Shown here one piece after another: positions 1 to 9,894 of a stretch of DNA of 64,000 nucleotides. A program made the position numbers and the translations under genes. The first letter of the stretch is position 1. Each line of letters starts with the position of its first letter. A model generated the notes under the pieces. The model was not told where the DNA came from. It ran no database searches and saw nothing but the letters and a program-made list of their open reading frames with translations. The stretch spans positions 66,024-130,023 of the forward strand of contig JBNKTL010000007.1 of NCBI GenBank assembly GCA_050298055.1, written 5' to 3'. The stretch comes from Spirochaetota bacterium. GTDB taxonomy: Bacteria; Spirochaetota; UBA4802; UBA5550.

Positions 1-345
1 AAGTCACGACTCCAGCTGGATTATCTTCTTGTATCAGGACCTGAAGATTCAATGATATCAAAGATCGCAATCCTCAATGGTTCCGGTGGAAATTCAATAG
101 AATCGATCATTAATGAACATGACATTGACTGCATTCTCACCGGTGATATCGGATACCACAGCAGCAGGCTGGGGGTTGAGCATTCGGTGCCGGTCATCGA
201 TGCCGGCCATTTCGGAACAGAGAAAATTCTTATTGACTTTTTGAAAAATGAACTTCTTAATAAAGTCCGGCGGGATTTTCCCTGTGAAAAAATCAGTTTC
301 TATCTCTCTGAAAGAGAAAAAAATCCTCTCAGGCTCTATATATAA
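1..345 (+). CDS. Nif3-like dinuclear metal centre protein, C-terminal part (5' truncated by window)
   Basis: Motifs KIAILNGSGG, LTGDIGYH, IDAGHFGTE; precedes a zinc-ribbon gene as is usual. Confidence 0.85.
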   Translation, partial: KSRLQLDYLLVSGPEDSMISKIAILNGSGGNSIESIINEHDIDCILTGDIGYHSSRLGVEHSVPVIDAGHFGTEKILIDFLKNELLNKVRRDFPCEKISFYLSEREKNPLRLYI

Positions 346-348
346 GAT

Positions 349-1053
349 ATGAATAATGATATAATGATAATGATCCAGCTTCAAAAGATATGGGACAGGG
401 TTCTTGAAGGAGAAGAGGTCATCCGGAGATCTGAAAAGTCCATAGATTTCTGGAAGAAAAGCCTCCGGGAAAAAAGAGTTGAAGTTGAAAAAATTGAAGA
501 ACAGGTGATTGAACTTAAGAAAAGTATAAAGGGAAATGAAATCGATCTTGCTCAGCTTGAAGCAGATTACGCGAAAACCGAGGAGAGGCTTCAACGGGTA
601 AAATCTGCAAAAGAGCTTGAAGCACAGAAGCATGAACACGATAAAATTGCGGGAGAAAAAGACGCCAAAGAAGAATCTCTTATCAATCTCATGGATGAAC
701 TGGATGAATGTGAAAATAAACGGGTACAGAAAAAGAGTGAACAGGATGAGAGTGAAAAGCAGGTTGAAGCGGATATAACCGTTCTCACAAAAAAAATTGA
801 TGATGCGAAAGCGGTAATCCATGAAAACCAGGATGAATTCAATTCCCTGATCGGGAACCTTACGCCTGAATACAGGTCCAGGTTTCAGAAATTGATAAGT
901 TCAAAAAACGGCAGGGGAATTGCCCGGGTTGACGGAGAGATCTGCAGCAGCTGTAATTTTAAAATTCCCGGTTCTCTTGCTGCCGAATCCGAATCGGATG
1001 AAAAAGCAGTTTCCTGCACCAATTGCGGCAGGTTTATTTACAGGATGAGTTGA
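349..1053 (+). CDS. Coiled-coil C4-type zinc ribbon protein (DUF164/CT398-like)
   Basis: LQxxD start, long coiled coil, C-terminal CSSC...CTNCGRFIY. Confidence 0.85.
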   Translation: MNNDIMIMIQLQKIWDRVLEGEEVIRRSEKSIDFWKKSLREKRVEVEKIEEQVIELKKSIKGNEIDLAQLEADYAKTEERLQRVKSAKELEAQKHEHDKIAGEKDAKEESLINLMDELDECENKRVQKKSEQDESEKQVEADITVLTKKIDDAKAVIHENQDEFNSLIGNLTPEYRSRFQKLISSKNGRGIARVDGEICSSCNFKIPGSLAAESESDEKAVSCTNCGRFIYRMS

Positions 1054-1144
1054 ACTATTTTTATATTAAATCCGTAGCTGAATAGATTATAATGATTTTT
1101 TGAAACAGATGCATCCGAATTCATAGAGAAAAATTTGCATCACC

Positions 1145-1167
1145 CTCTGTGTCTCTGTGCCTCTGTG
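1145..1167. repeat. Tandem CTCTGTG x3, 8-bp period
   Basis: ctctgtg at 1145, 1153, 1161. Confidence 0.7.
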
Positions 1168-1219
1168 GCAAATCTTAAAAAATTTAAAGAAATAACCATA
1201 TTTATAAAACAGGAAAAAA

Positions 1220-1900
1220 ATGCTCTTAAGTATAGACAGGGTTCTTCAGCTTTTATCTGAAGGTAAATCCATTGAAAAAATATCGGAACTGGCCAGCTGT
1301 TCAGCAGGTGATGTAATCGATGTCATAGATTCTGCCAGGAAATTCATTAACTCCAGGGACAGAAAGTATGCGAAGAAAAAAATTATTATCGAAAAAAAGA
1401 AAAAAAAAGATATTTTTGTTAATGAAAACAGTGATGACAGCAGTACTAATATAAAAGACCTTTTAAAGGGTGCCGAGCTGCATGCTGTTCCCCTTGAATC
1501 CTACCTGGTCATTTATACCAAAGGGAAGAGAAGCAGGGAGACAGGAAATGCCGGTATCGGAATCATTATCTATGATAAGGAAAACAGGCAGGTTGGCAAA
1601 GTGTCAATAAACATCGGGAAACAGGATGAAAAAACCGCTGAGTATACTGCAATCATACGAGCTTTAAAAATTGCAGAGTACTTTAAAGCTCAGGAAACCA
1701 GCATACGGACCGATTCTGAAATTATCATAAAACAGATCAAAGGCGAGTATGAAGTAACTTCTGATCATCTTCGTGAAATGCTTGAAAGAATAAACACGTT
1801 TAAGACCGGTTTGAAAAACTGCCGGTTTGAACATGTAACAGGCAACCTGAATGAAAAAGCAAACTATGTTGCCGACCGTGCTTCTCAAAAGCCTCTATGA
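1220..1900 (+). CDS. RNase HI-like protein with N-terminal HTH-like extension; active site degenerate
   Basis: IYTKG..GNAGIG, AEYTAII.AL, TDSE.IIKQIKGEY.V, NEKAN.VA match RNase HI family motifs. Confidence 0.8.
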   Translation: MLLSIDRVLQLLSEGKSIEKISELASCSAGDVIDVIDSARKFINSRDRKYAKKKIIIEKKKKKDIFVNENSDDSSTNIKDLLKGAELHAVPLESYLVIYTKGKRSRETGNAGIGIIIYDKENRQVGKVSINIGKQDEKTAEYTAIIRALKIAEYFKAQETSIRTDSEIIIKQIKGEYEVTSDHLREMLERINTFKTGLKNCRFEHVTGNLNEKANYVADRASQKPL

Positions 1901-3966
1901 AAAAAAACTGGAAACTGCAAACTTATGATAATAATGAGATTGATAATATCAGCAGGTACGCACAGGTCAACAAATACCTGGCTGCTCTCATCCGGTCACG
2001 AGGTTACACCACACCCGTTGAAATAAAAAGATACCTTTATGCCGGGCTTGCATCCACATACAGTCCTTTTCTTATTGACAGCATGCATGAAGCGGTTTCA
2101 AGAATAAAAAGCGCAGTTGAAAAAGGAGAAAAGATAGGCATTTTCTCCGATTCTGACCTGGACGGCCTGACTTCTCTTGCACTTCTTGATAGACTTCTCA
2201 AAAAATTCAACCTCTCCCGTTATCACAGGTATCCTGTTGATGATGAGTCATACGGTCTTACAATGGATATTATAGAAGAATTTATCAACGAAAAGGTTGA
2301 CCTGATTATCACTGTTGATTCAGGGATAAGGGATATCAAAGAGATTGAATATGCTGTCAAAAACAAAATTGATGTTATCGTGACAGATCACCACGAACAG
2401 GACGAAGAGCTCCCCGACGCGATTGTTATAAATCCGAAAAAAATCAACTGCACATATCCATTCAAAGACCTTGCCGGCGTGGGTGTTGTCTTTAAACTCT
2501 GCCATGCGCTGCTCATGAGCTATCTTCCCGGTTATAACAGAAAATTTTTTCTTACCGTAGAGGAGGGTGACCGGGTAGAGGCATCTGTAATTGAAAACGG
2601 TATTGTCAGAGAGCTCATGGAATTTACCGGCGAGAAGAGATACAGGCGTGTGAAAGAATCTGCAGACAGACTGGGTAAAAACATCTTTACGGTTTATCAC
2701 GGTAACGCGCTTGGTGAGATTTTTAAAGAAGAGAACGGTTCCGGGGATACCTGCAGTTTAAAGAGTCTTGGAGGCAGTATACCTGAAAATAAAATAAATG
2801 AACTGGTACAAAGAGTTGAAAAGATTGATGATTCGACAGAAAGTAAAATTCAGAGGGCAAATTCTGTTTTTCATGAAATTCAGTTTACCAGTTCTCCGAA
2901 AATTTTTGAATTCATTGAATCAGTAATAGAACTTGTGGCTATCGGCCTCATTGCGGATGTTATGCCTCTTGTGGATGAGAACAGGATACTTGTGCGGCAG
3001 GGTATCAGGGAATTGGGCAAGAGAAGGCACAGGGGATTGAACAGGATATTAAAGAGCGGCAGGATAAATTCCAAAACAGTTGGCTGGGAAGTCGCACCAT
3101 TTTTAAATACCCCAGGAAGATATGGGAAAACAGGTCTTACAGCGGAGTTTTTCATCACAGACAACAGCAGGAGAGTAGATGAAATTGTGGATGAAATCGA
3201 CACTCTCAACAGGGAGAGAAAGGAAACGGTCAAAAAACTCTATCAATCAATATCGGAAAAAATTAACAACGGGTCCATAACATTTTCAGACAATATCATC
3301 TTTGAAATGAGAGATGATATACCTCCGGGCCTTTCCGGCCTCCTGGCGGCGAAAATAGCACAAAGAGAGAACAGGCCCGTCATTATTGCATCCACAACGA
3401 AAGATGAGGGTTCTCTTAAAGGTTCCGGAAGAAGTGCAGGTAATTTCAACTTCATTGAACATGCCGATCCTTTCTCACACCTCTTTATTAAATTCGGAGG
3501 ACACGCACAGGCCTTCGGGTTTACCGCTTCACAGGAAATGATTCATAAGATAATCAACAGTATAAACGATTCTGTTGGAGATAATTACCGTCAGGAAGAA
3601 AAACTGCTGGTGGACCTTAAACTTGACCTGGAAAAAATCAATCTTAAGTTCATTGAATCTTTGCGTGCTCTTGAACCATACGGCAAGGGAAACGAAGAGC
3701 CGCTTTTTTATTCAGAAAATGTGAAAATCAATGAATTCAGGAAAATTGGCAAAGAACAAAACCATGGCAGGTATACCTTTGCCGAAAACAGCTTTCTTAC
3801 CGCTATTGGATGGAACATCTCCCGTGAAATGGAAGAGATCTATAAATCAGGAAGAAATGCAGATATTGTATACCGGCTTGAGATAAATGATTACAGGGGG
3901 AGAAGTTATCCGCAGCTTATTCTGGAGGATATTGACTTTGCAGAAGTAAATGGAAAAATGACCTGA
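1897..3966 (+). CDS. recJ: Single-stranded-DNA-specific exonuclease RecJ
   Basis: DSDLDG, TVDSG, TDHH, IADVMPL, GSGRS, FGGH, LEPYGKGN motifs. Confidence 0.92.
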   Translation: MKKNWKLQTYDNNEIDNISRYAQVNKYLAALIRSRGYTTPVEIKRYLYAGLASTYSPFLIDSMHEAVSRIKSAVEKGEKIGIFSDSDLDGLTSLALLDRLLKKFNLSRYHRYPVDDESYGLTMDIIEEFINEKVDLIITVDSGIRDIKEIEYAVKNKIDVIVTDHHEQDEELPDAIVINPKKINCTYPFKDLAGVGVVFKLCHALLMSYLPGYNRKFFLTVEEGDRVEASVIENGIVRELMEFTGEKRYRRVKESADRLGKNIFTVYHGNALGEIFKEENGSGDTCSLKSLGGSIPENKINELVQRVEKIDDSTESKIQRANSVFHEIQFTSSPKIFEFIESVIELVAIGLIADVMPLVDENRILVRQGIRELGKRRHRGLNRILKSGRINSKTVGWEVAPFLNTPGRYGKTGLTAEFFITDNSRRVDEIVDEIDTLNRERKETVKKLYQSISEKINNGSITFSDNIIFEMRDDIPPGLSGLLAAKIAQRENRPVIIASTTKDEGSLKGSGRSAGNFNFIEHADPFSHLFIKFGGHAQAFGFTASQEMIHKIINSINDSVGDNYRQEEKLLVDLKLDLEKINLKFIESLRALEPYGKGNEEPLFYSENVKINEFRKIGKEQNHGRYTFAENSFLTAIGWNISREMEEIYKSGRNADIVYRLEINDYRGRSYPQLILEDIDFAEVNGKMT

Positions 3967-3968
3967 GA

Positions 3969-4748
3969 TTACTCAATACCTGTTATAATCAGCTCAATCC
4001 TGTCAATTCGCCTGAACCCGACTGCCGTGTCCATGACAATCCTGTTGCCTGCACCTATAGCAGTAATCCGGTCACCATTGATATTATTAGCAACAAAAAA
4101 TTTCTTCAGCCTTTTCGATTTTCTCTCAGAGAACTTTCTGTAATCAGTAAAGCTCGTGTGACCGACAATTCTCAATTTGCTGTTACTGTATTTTTCAAGG
4201 ACCCTGATAATTTTCTCCATGCTTTTCAGGCCCCTTTTACTCAAACTGAGCCTTCTCTTTTCAAAAAGGTTTCTGTCAATGATTTCAATCCGGTAGATAT
4301 TCCCTTTTTTAAGAAGGTTTGCTTCGATTATTTCATTCATATCCGTTGGAGTCTTTACAGGTTCTGCAGTCTCTTCCTTCTTTTTCTTCCTGTAGTAGTT
4401 CTTCTCATATATGAGCCTGTCTCTTTCAAGCTTCCTTGCTTCGGCATATATCCTGGCAGTTTCAATTTTAATCAATGCAGTTGAGGCATAGAAAAATGCG
4501 AGCTCATACTCCTCATTGTCAAGTTCCCACCTGGACATCCTGATATTTATTACTGCTTCAGAATAGTAATCGTAGGGAAGAAATTCTTTAATTTCAAAAT
4601 TATTGTCAATATCGCTAATTGCATTATCTGCTTTTTCGATGATCTTTTTGCACGAATCTTCATCCCATGCAAGGAGATTGCCGGTAGAGATAAATATCAG
4701 CATGAGGGAGAGTATACTGATGAGTCGGTACTTTATCAATTTATTCAT
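3969..4748 (-). CDS. Exported protein with C-terminal OmpA-like domain
   Basis: Signal peptide; RIVGHT...RITAIGAG...RIELII pattern. Confidence 0.7.
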   Translation of the reverse strand: MNKLIKYRLISILSLMLIFISTGNLLAWDEDSCKKIIEKADNAISDIDNNFEIKEFLPYDYYSEAVINIRMSRWELDNEEYELAFFYASTALIKIETARIYAEARKLERDRLIYEKNYYRKKKKEETAEPVKTPTDMNEIIEANLLKKGNIYRIEIIDRNLFEKRRLSLSKRGLKSMEKIIRVLEKYSNSKLRIVGHTSFTDYRKFSERKSKRLKKFFVANNINGDRITAIGAGNRIVMDTAVGFRRIDRIELIITGIE

Positions 4749-5091
4749 TGAGCTTTTCCTTGATCTTGTTTAACTCCGTCTTTGATTCATTAAGAGAAGA
4801 TTTTGCACTGACCAGGTTAAAATATGAAATAGCAATACTGATAACATAGTATGCCCTCTGGTATTTTTCTTCCTTGATCAGTCTCTTTGTTTCCTTAATA
4901 TATCCTTCAATGATGTTTATTTCTTCCTGTGCATAGTTCACGGCATCGGAGTTTTTTATCTTACCCAGTTTCTTTTCAACAATAGTCGTCAGGTTTCTCA
5001 CCTCTCGAACCTGGTCCTGCGCTGACAGGTAACGGGAAGACAGGGAAACCGTGAAAATTAATAAAATGAAAATTGCGGTTTTAATCTTCAT
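4741..5091 (-). CDS. Exported helical protein (DUF4398-like), partner of OmpA-like gene
   Basis: Start moved to MKIK at 5091 (AGGAGG upstream); signal peptide; overlaps next gene start. Confidence 0.55.
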   Translation of the reverse strand: MKIKTAIFILLIFTVSLSSRYLSAQDQVREVRNLTTIVEKKLGKIKNSDAVNYAQEEINIIEGYIKETKRLIKEEKYQRAYYVISIAISYFNLVSAKSSLNESKTELNKIKEKLNE

Positions 5092-5203
5092 TTTCAAGAG
5101 CCCCTCCTGAAAATTAAAAATAAATTTATAGTTTATAAATCGACCGATTGTGAATAAAATATAATGAATATATCTAAAAATAACGTATTTACTAAAATTG
5201 AAC

Positions 5204-5291
5204 AATATGTCCCTGCCGCCGAAGGCGGCGGGGACATATTATTTCTATTTTTTAATGATAAGATTATTCTTATACATAGCTGAGTAGTTAT
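5204..5291 (+). repeat. Palindromic intergenic element copy A (core 5204-5240, right end 5275-5291)
   Basis: aatatgtccctgccgcc-gaa-ggcggcggggacatatt then catagctgagtagttat. Confidence 0.85.
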
Positions 5292-5329
5292 AAAAATCAA
5301 ACTATTTTTTGTGAAAAATAAATAAATGT

Positions 5330-5358
5330 TTGACTTGATAACAGATCAATAATAAATT
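5330..5358 (+). promoter_or_regulatory. Putative sigma70 promoter of STAS gene
   Basis: TTGACT-17 bp-TAAATT. Confidence 0.4.
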
Positions 5359-5386
5359 TATAAATCATCACAAACAGGGTTGGGAT

Positions 5387-5686
5387 ATGGATATTGAAGT
5401 AAAAGATCATGACAAGAAAGTCAGCATAGTAGTAAATGGTGATATTGAGATGATGACCATTAAGAGTTTTAAACAGAAGCTCTTTGAGATAGGTCAGAAT
5501 GTGGATAAAGATATTGAAATTGACCTGTCAAATGTGGATTATATCGATTCATCCGGCGTTGGAGTACTTATCAGTCTTTTGAAACTTCAAAAAAAGAAAG
5601 ACAAAACCCTGTCCATAAACAAGGTAAGCCCCAAGGTACTTAACGTACTAAAGCTGAGTTCACTGTCTGATGTTTTTAAAATATAA
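5387..5686 (+). CDS. STAS domain anti-sigma-factor antagonist
   Basis: DLSNVDYIDSSGVGVL with phosphorylatable Ser. Confidence 0.9.
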   Translation: MDIEVKDHDKKVSIVVNGDIEMMTIKSFKQKLFEIGQNVDKDIEIDLSNVDYIDSSGVGVLISLLKLQKKKDKTLSINKVSPKVLNVLKLSSLSDVFKI

Positions 5687-5809
5687 AGCTTCGCCCCTTG
5701 GAAGTCAGCTTGCAATCCTTTTCACTGTCCGGAAAACAGTAAAACCATAATCTCTAAATTTAACAAGAGTTCTCTTTAAAGAGGGAAGTTCCACATTAAA
5801 ACCATAATT

Positions 5810-6301
5810 ATGAAATGCAATTTGAGAATAGGCCACGGGTATGATGTACACAGGTTTGCTCCCGGAAGAGACTTAATTCTTGGCGGTGTAAAAATCGATT
5901 ACAGCCAGGGTCTGGAAGGGCATTCTGATGCAGATGTGTTAACACATGCCGTTATCGACTCCTTATTAAGTGCTGCGTCCCTGGGAGATATCGGCACACT
6001 TTTTCCCGATACGGATAAACGCTACAGGGGAATAAGCAGTATCAAGCTTCTTGAAAAAGTCTGCGCTCTCCTGGAAGAAAATAGCATATCTGTTATTAAT
6101 ATTGATACAACCCTTGTCTGTGAAAGTCCAAAAATCTCTCCCTATAGAGAGCAGATGAAGTATATTCTCTCCGATACAATCAGAATAAACAAAGATCGAA
6201 TAGGGATAAAGGGAAAGACAACGGAAAAACTTGGTTTTACAGGGAGAGGGGAGGGGATTGAAGCCCACTCCGTGGCGCTTATTGCATTTGATGAGGATTA
6301 A
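5810..6301 (+). CDS. ispF: 2-C-methyl-D-erythritol 2,4-cyclodiphosphate synthase
   Basis: RIGHGYDVH, GHSDADV, GDIG..FPD, KTTEKLGFTGR. Confidence 0.97.
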   Translation: MKCNLRIGHGYDVHRFAPGRDLILGGVKIDYSQGLEGHSDADVLTHAVIDSLLSAASLGDIGTLFPDTDKRYRGISSIKLLEKVCALLEENSISVINIDTTLVCESPKISPYREQMKYILSDTIRINKDRIGIKGKTTEKLGFTGRGEGIEAHSVALIAFDED

Positions 6302-6306
6302 TAAGC

Positions 6307-7758
6307 CTAGTTTTTCCAGAATCTCGGTGTAAAGAGGATCAAGACTGTGTAGAGTTCCAATCTGCCGGCCAGCATGGCAAAGCTGAGAAACCATTTAACA
6401 TATATCGGAAAGAATGCATAGTTCTCCGTGGGACCAATCTTACCGAAACCGGGACCGATATTACCAACAGTGGCAAGGGCAGTGGTAAATGAAGTCAGAA
6501 GGTCCTCCCCTGAACTGGCTACTACCAGAGATGTTATCAACAGCATGAAGATATAGAGAAAGAAAAACCCGGAAATAGAAAAAATAATGTCTTTGGGAAC
6601 TGAGTCCCCGCTGATCTTCAGTGTAAAAATGCCTCTGGGATGGAGGAGATATTTCATCTCATTTAATCCCTGCTTGAGAAGTGTTACCAGCCTGATGACC
6701 TTGATCCCGCCTCCCGTTGAACCTGAACATCCTCCCACAAACATCAGAACATAGAGTATGATCTGGCTAAAGTAAGGCCACTTTTCAAAATCTGCTGACG
6801 CATATCCGGTAGTTGTAATAATAGTTGCCGCCTGGAAACTTGCATACCTGAAACTCTCACCGATACCCTGGTAGAAATTTCCATAGAGATTAAAGGTCAT
6901 GATAAGAGTTGCTGATATATATATTGCAAGGTAGGCCTTAAATTCAGTATCTTTTAATACAAAACCGTATTTTCCCGTAAGGATCCTGAAATGCAGGGAA
7001 AAATTTATCCCGGCAAAGACCATAAAAAGTGTAATAATTCCCTCAATGTACGCTGAATTAAAATGGGCAACACTGGTGTTTTTTGTGGAGAACCCGCCGG
7101 TTGCAAGAGTCCCGAATGTATGGGTAAGTGCATCCACAAGGTCCATTCCCCCAAGCATGAGAAGAGCTGTTTCGGATATTGTGAATCCAATATAAATAAA
7201 CCAGAGCAGCTTTGCCGTTTCCGTTATCCTTGGCGTCAACTTGTCAACAGTTGGTCCCGGCGCTTCAGCCTTTATCAGCTGAAGTCCCCCAATCCCCAGC
7301 AGGGGAAGCACTGCAACAGTGAGTACAACTATCCCCATTCCCCCAAGCCAGTGCGTGAGCGATCTCCAGAAGAGAAGCGAACGGGGCAGGGACTCAATAT
7401 CCGTAAGAATGGATGCTCCTGTAGTGGTAAAACCGGATATTGTCTCAAAGAACGCCTCTGTAAAACCGGGTATTGCCCCGGAGAGATAAAAAGGAAATGC
7501 TCCGATCAGGGATGCGCAAATCCAGCTCAGTGAAACAAAGAGAAACCCGTCCCGGGTTTTCATGGTCCTGGATTTAGTGTTTCTCAGGAAAAAGAGAATG
7601 AGGAGTGAGATAAGAACAGCTGAAGGTATGGTCAGGGAAAATGCATGGGTTGCCCTGATCTCGTTATTGTAGATTGATATCATTGCCGGCACCAGCATGA
7701 AGCCGGAGATGATACACATTAAGATCGAAACCAGTTTTATGACTAATTTGAAATTCAT
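6307..7758 (-). CDS. trkH: Trk potassium uptake membrane subunit
   Basis: SGFTTTG, ATGGFS, TTTGY, GSTGGGIK, GNIGPG, GRLE; start set at MNFK. Confidence 0.95.
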   Translation of the reverse strand: MNFKLVIKLVSILMCIISGFMLVPAMISIYNNEIRATHAFSLTIPSAVLISLLILFFLRNTKSRTMKTRDGFLFVSLSWICASLIGAFPFYLSGAIPGFTEAFFETISGFTTTGASILTDIESLPRSLLFWRSLTHWLGGMGIVVLTVAVLPLLGIGGLQLIKAEAPGPTVDKLTPRITETAKLLWFIYIGFTISETALLMLGGMDLVDALTHTFGTLATGGFSTKNTSVAHFNSAYIEGIITLFMVFAGINFSLHFRILTGKYGFVLKDTEFKAYLAIYISATLIMTFNLYGNFYQGIGESFRYASFQAATIITTTGYASADFEKWPYFSQIILYVLMFVGGCSGSTGGGIKVIRLVTLLKQGLNEMKYLLHPRGIFTLKISGDSVPKDIIFSISGFFFLYIFMLLITSLVVASSGEDLLTSFTTALATVGNIGPGFGKIGPTENYAFFPIYVKWFLSFAMLAGRLELYTVLILFTPRFWKN

Positions 7759-7771
7759 TGCCGGGACAGTA

Positions 7772-9124
7772 TCAGCTGCTCGTACTCTGGAAAATATCTT
7801 CAATCTCTGCGATAGACTGTTTTTTCACTATGATCACAATTGTGTCATTTTCTTCTATCTGAAAATTACCGTCGGGAATCATTACTTTGCCATTTCTGAT
7901 AACGGAAAGTATCAGCGAACCTTCCGGCATTTCAAGATCCTTGATCGGTTTCGTAAGGAGCCTGCAGGTGTTGTCGGCCGTGAATTCAATGACCTCAGCT
8001 TTACCGTTAAAGAGCCGGTGTATGGATTTAATATTGCCCCGCCTGATATATTTCAGAATCGCATCAACGGTGCTGTTTTTCGGGTTCACGCATGAGTCGA
8101 TCCCCAGTTTGTTTGCAACGTTAAAATAACTGTTCTTTGTAATTATAGCAATTGTTCGGGGAATTCCGATATGTTTCGCATATACTGAAGTAAGAATATT
8201 CAGTTCCTGGTTATCTGTTGTTGTAATAACAAGATCATATCTATGCAGCTCTTCTTCTTCAAATATCTCCTCTTCGGAAATATCAGCCCTCAGCACAAGA
8301 GCATCGGGAAATTTCTCCGAAAGGATTTTGCAGTTTTCGTAGTCATCATCTATAATAGTAATGCTTCTTCCTGTCCTGATAAGATAACGGGTTATCAGGG
8401 TGGCAATTTTTCCTCCACCTACAATCAGGATCTTATCAATTTTCTGGCTTTTCCTTCCTGTCTCCATGAATACTTTCGTCAGATTGTCCTTTGAGGCGAG
8501 AAGATAGAGGTTGTCATTTTCCCGAATCAGCGTATTCCCTGAGGGAATAACAAAGGAATCATCCCGGTATACTGCTGCAATCAGGAATCTTTCCTTGAGG
8601 GACTTCCTGATATCCTTGACTGTCTTATTTTTAAAAAATGAATTGCTATCTACAAGGGTATTCCGCATCTGCAGGTCAGAATCCTGGAAGAGCATCACAT
8701 CACTGGTTGCCCCCAGTGCCACGGTATTGGCAATTTGCCGTGATGATTCAACCTCGGGATTCACAATATAGTCGATGCCGAGAAAGGCTTTTTCGAAGAT
8801 CTTTGCCTTTGAGTAATCGAGGTTTCTCACCCGGGCGATCTTAAGCTTTACGTCAAATTCGCTGGCCACAAGACCGCAGGCAACCATGTTGACCTCATCG
8901 GAGTTTGTCACGCTGATAAAGTAGTCGTCTTTTTCAATACCTGCCCGTTTCAGAGTCAGGAGGTTGTTCCCCTCTTCATTTAAAACAATGCAATCGAGGT
9001 GTTGAGAGGCATACTTGGCTCTTTCAATATTATTCTCAATGAGAACAACATCTTTCCCTTCGGAAATGAGAATACTGGCTATCTGAAATCCTACGACTCC
9101 CGCACCTAAAATCACAACCTTCAT
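7772..9124 (-). CDS. trkA: Trk potassium uptake NAD-binding subunit
   Basis: Two RCK domains (GAGVVG, GGGKIA), DEVN, KIARVR; next to trkH. Confidence 0.95.
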   Translation of the reverse strand: MKVVILGAGVVGFQIASILISEGKDVVLIENNIERAKYASQHLDCIVLNEEGNNLLTLKRAGIEKDDYFISVTNSDEVNMVACGLVASEFDVKLKIARVRNLDYSKAKIFEKAFLGIDYIVNPEVESSRQIANTVALGATSDVMLFQDSDLQMRNTLVDSNSFFKNKTVKDIRKSLKERFLIAAVYRDDSFVIPSGNTLIRENDNLYLLASKDNLTKVFMETGRKSQKIDKILIVGGGKIATLITRYLIRTGRSITIIDDDYENCKILSEKFPDALVLRADISEEEIFEEEELHRYDLVITTTDNQELNILTSVYAKHIGIPRTIAIITKNSYFNVANKLGIDSCVNPKNSTVDAILKYIRRGNIKSIHRLFNGKAEVIEFTADNTCRLLTKPIKDLEMPEGSLILSVIRNGKVMIPDGNFQIEENDTIVIIVKKQSIAEIEDIFQSTSS

Positions 9125-9221
9125 AAAATGATCAATACACGATAAATTAAATTTGTGTCAAGCAGGTTTCTGAATAACAATTGTAAGAATGGGGGAGGGG
9201 AAAAGCATCTTTATCAGCAGG

Positions 9222-9247
9222 TGAGGCCGGAAAATTTCCCGGCCTCA
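9222..9247 (-). terminator. GC-rich hairpin downstream of lipoprotein gene
   Basis: tgaggccgg-aaaatttc-ccggcctca; no clear U tract. Confidence 0.45.
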
Positions 9248-9255
9248 ATCTGTTA

Positions 9256-9894
9256 CTATCTTTTATTACCCTGCTCAATCAATTCAAGTGCCGGATGTTT
9301 TTCATACTCTGAACCATTTTTAAGGAAACTGTAACCTGCAACATGCATGAATTTCACCTGGGGGCTTATCTGGTAAACAACGATAGTGTCCCTGTCACTT
9401 TTCCGGGACTTGAATGCTTTTAAAGAAACCCTGAAATTCCCTGCCTTAACGGTGACACTGTTGCCGAGTCCGAACTTTCTTTTTTGATCGGCTGTGATAT
9501 TTACCGGCATCATGTATTCATTCTGGCCGGGAGCAGCGACTTTAAGGGGAGTCCGTTCATCTCCATCAACAAGAAAGCCTTTTTTTACAAAACCGCCCCA
9601 TGTTGCATAGACATCAATAGTCATTGATTCCTTAAAACCCACACCGGGAATAACAAAACCGCTTTCACTCCTGATAATAAAAAGTTTACCGGAACGACCG
9701 ATAATCTTCATTTTTACCTGTGCGGCACCCTGTGCTCCCTGAAATATCGCATAATCTCCCACTCTTGGGTTCTTATGCAGAAGGATCCTGTTATTGAGCG
9801 GCGTATCTTTTGCAGAATCCTTAATCATATCTTTCAGACACCCTGCCTGGGTGACAAGTAATGCAGCAAAAATAATTGAAATAAACTTTTTCAT
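9256..9894 (-). CDS. Hypothetical lipoprotein
   Basis: Lipobox-like QAGC after hydrophobic leader; VTVKAGNF motif; GGAG RBS. Confidence 0.7.
   Translation of the reverse strand: MKKFISIIFAALLVTQAGCLKDMIKDSAKDTPLNNRILLHKNPRVGDYAIFQGAQGAAQVKMKIIGRSGKLFIIRSESGFVIPGVGFKESMTIDVYATWGGFVKKGFLVDGDERTPLKVAAPGQNEYMMPVNITADQKRKFGLGNSVTVKAGNFRVSLKAFKSRKSDRDTIVVYQISPQVKFMHVAGYSFLKNGSEYEKHPALELIEQGNKR

Noticed and set aside
94..822. 242 aa antisense ORF and the many other shadow ORFs (e.g. 26923-27549, 31199-31804, 63438-63968)
   Set aside because: They overlap well-supported genes and have no recognisable motifs.
1054..1219. RNase P RNA (rnpB), often near nif3/zinc-ribbon/RNase H genes
   Set aside because: The gap is too short and lacks the GAGGAAAGTCC signature.
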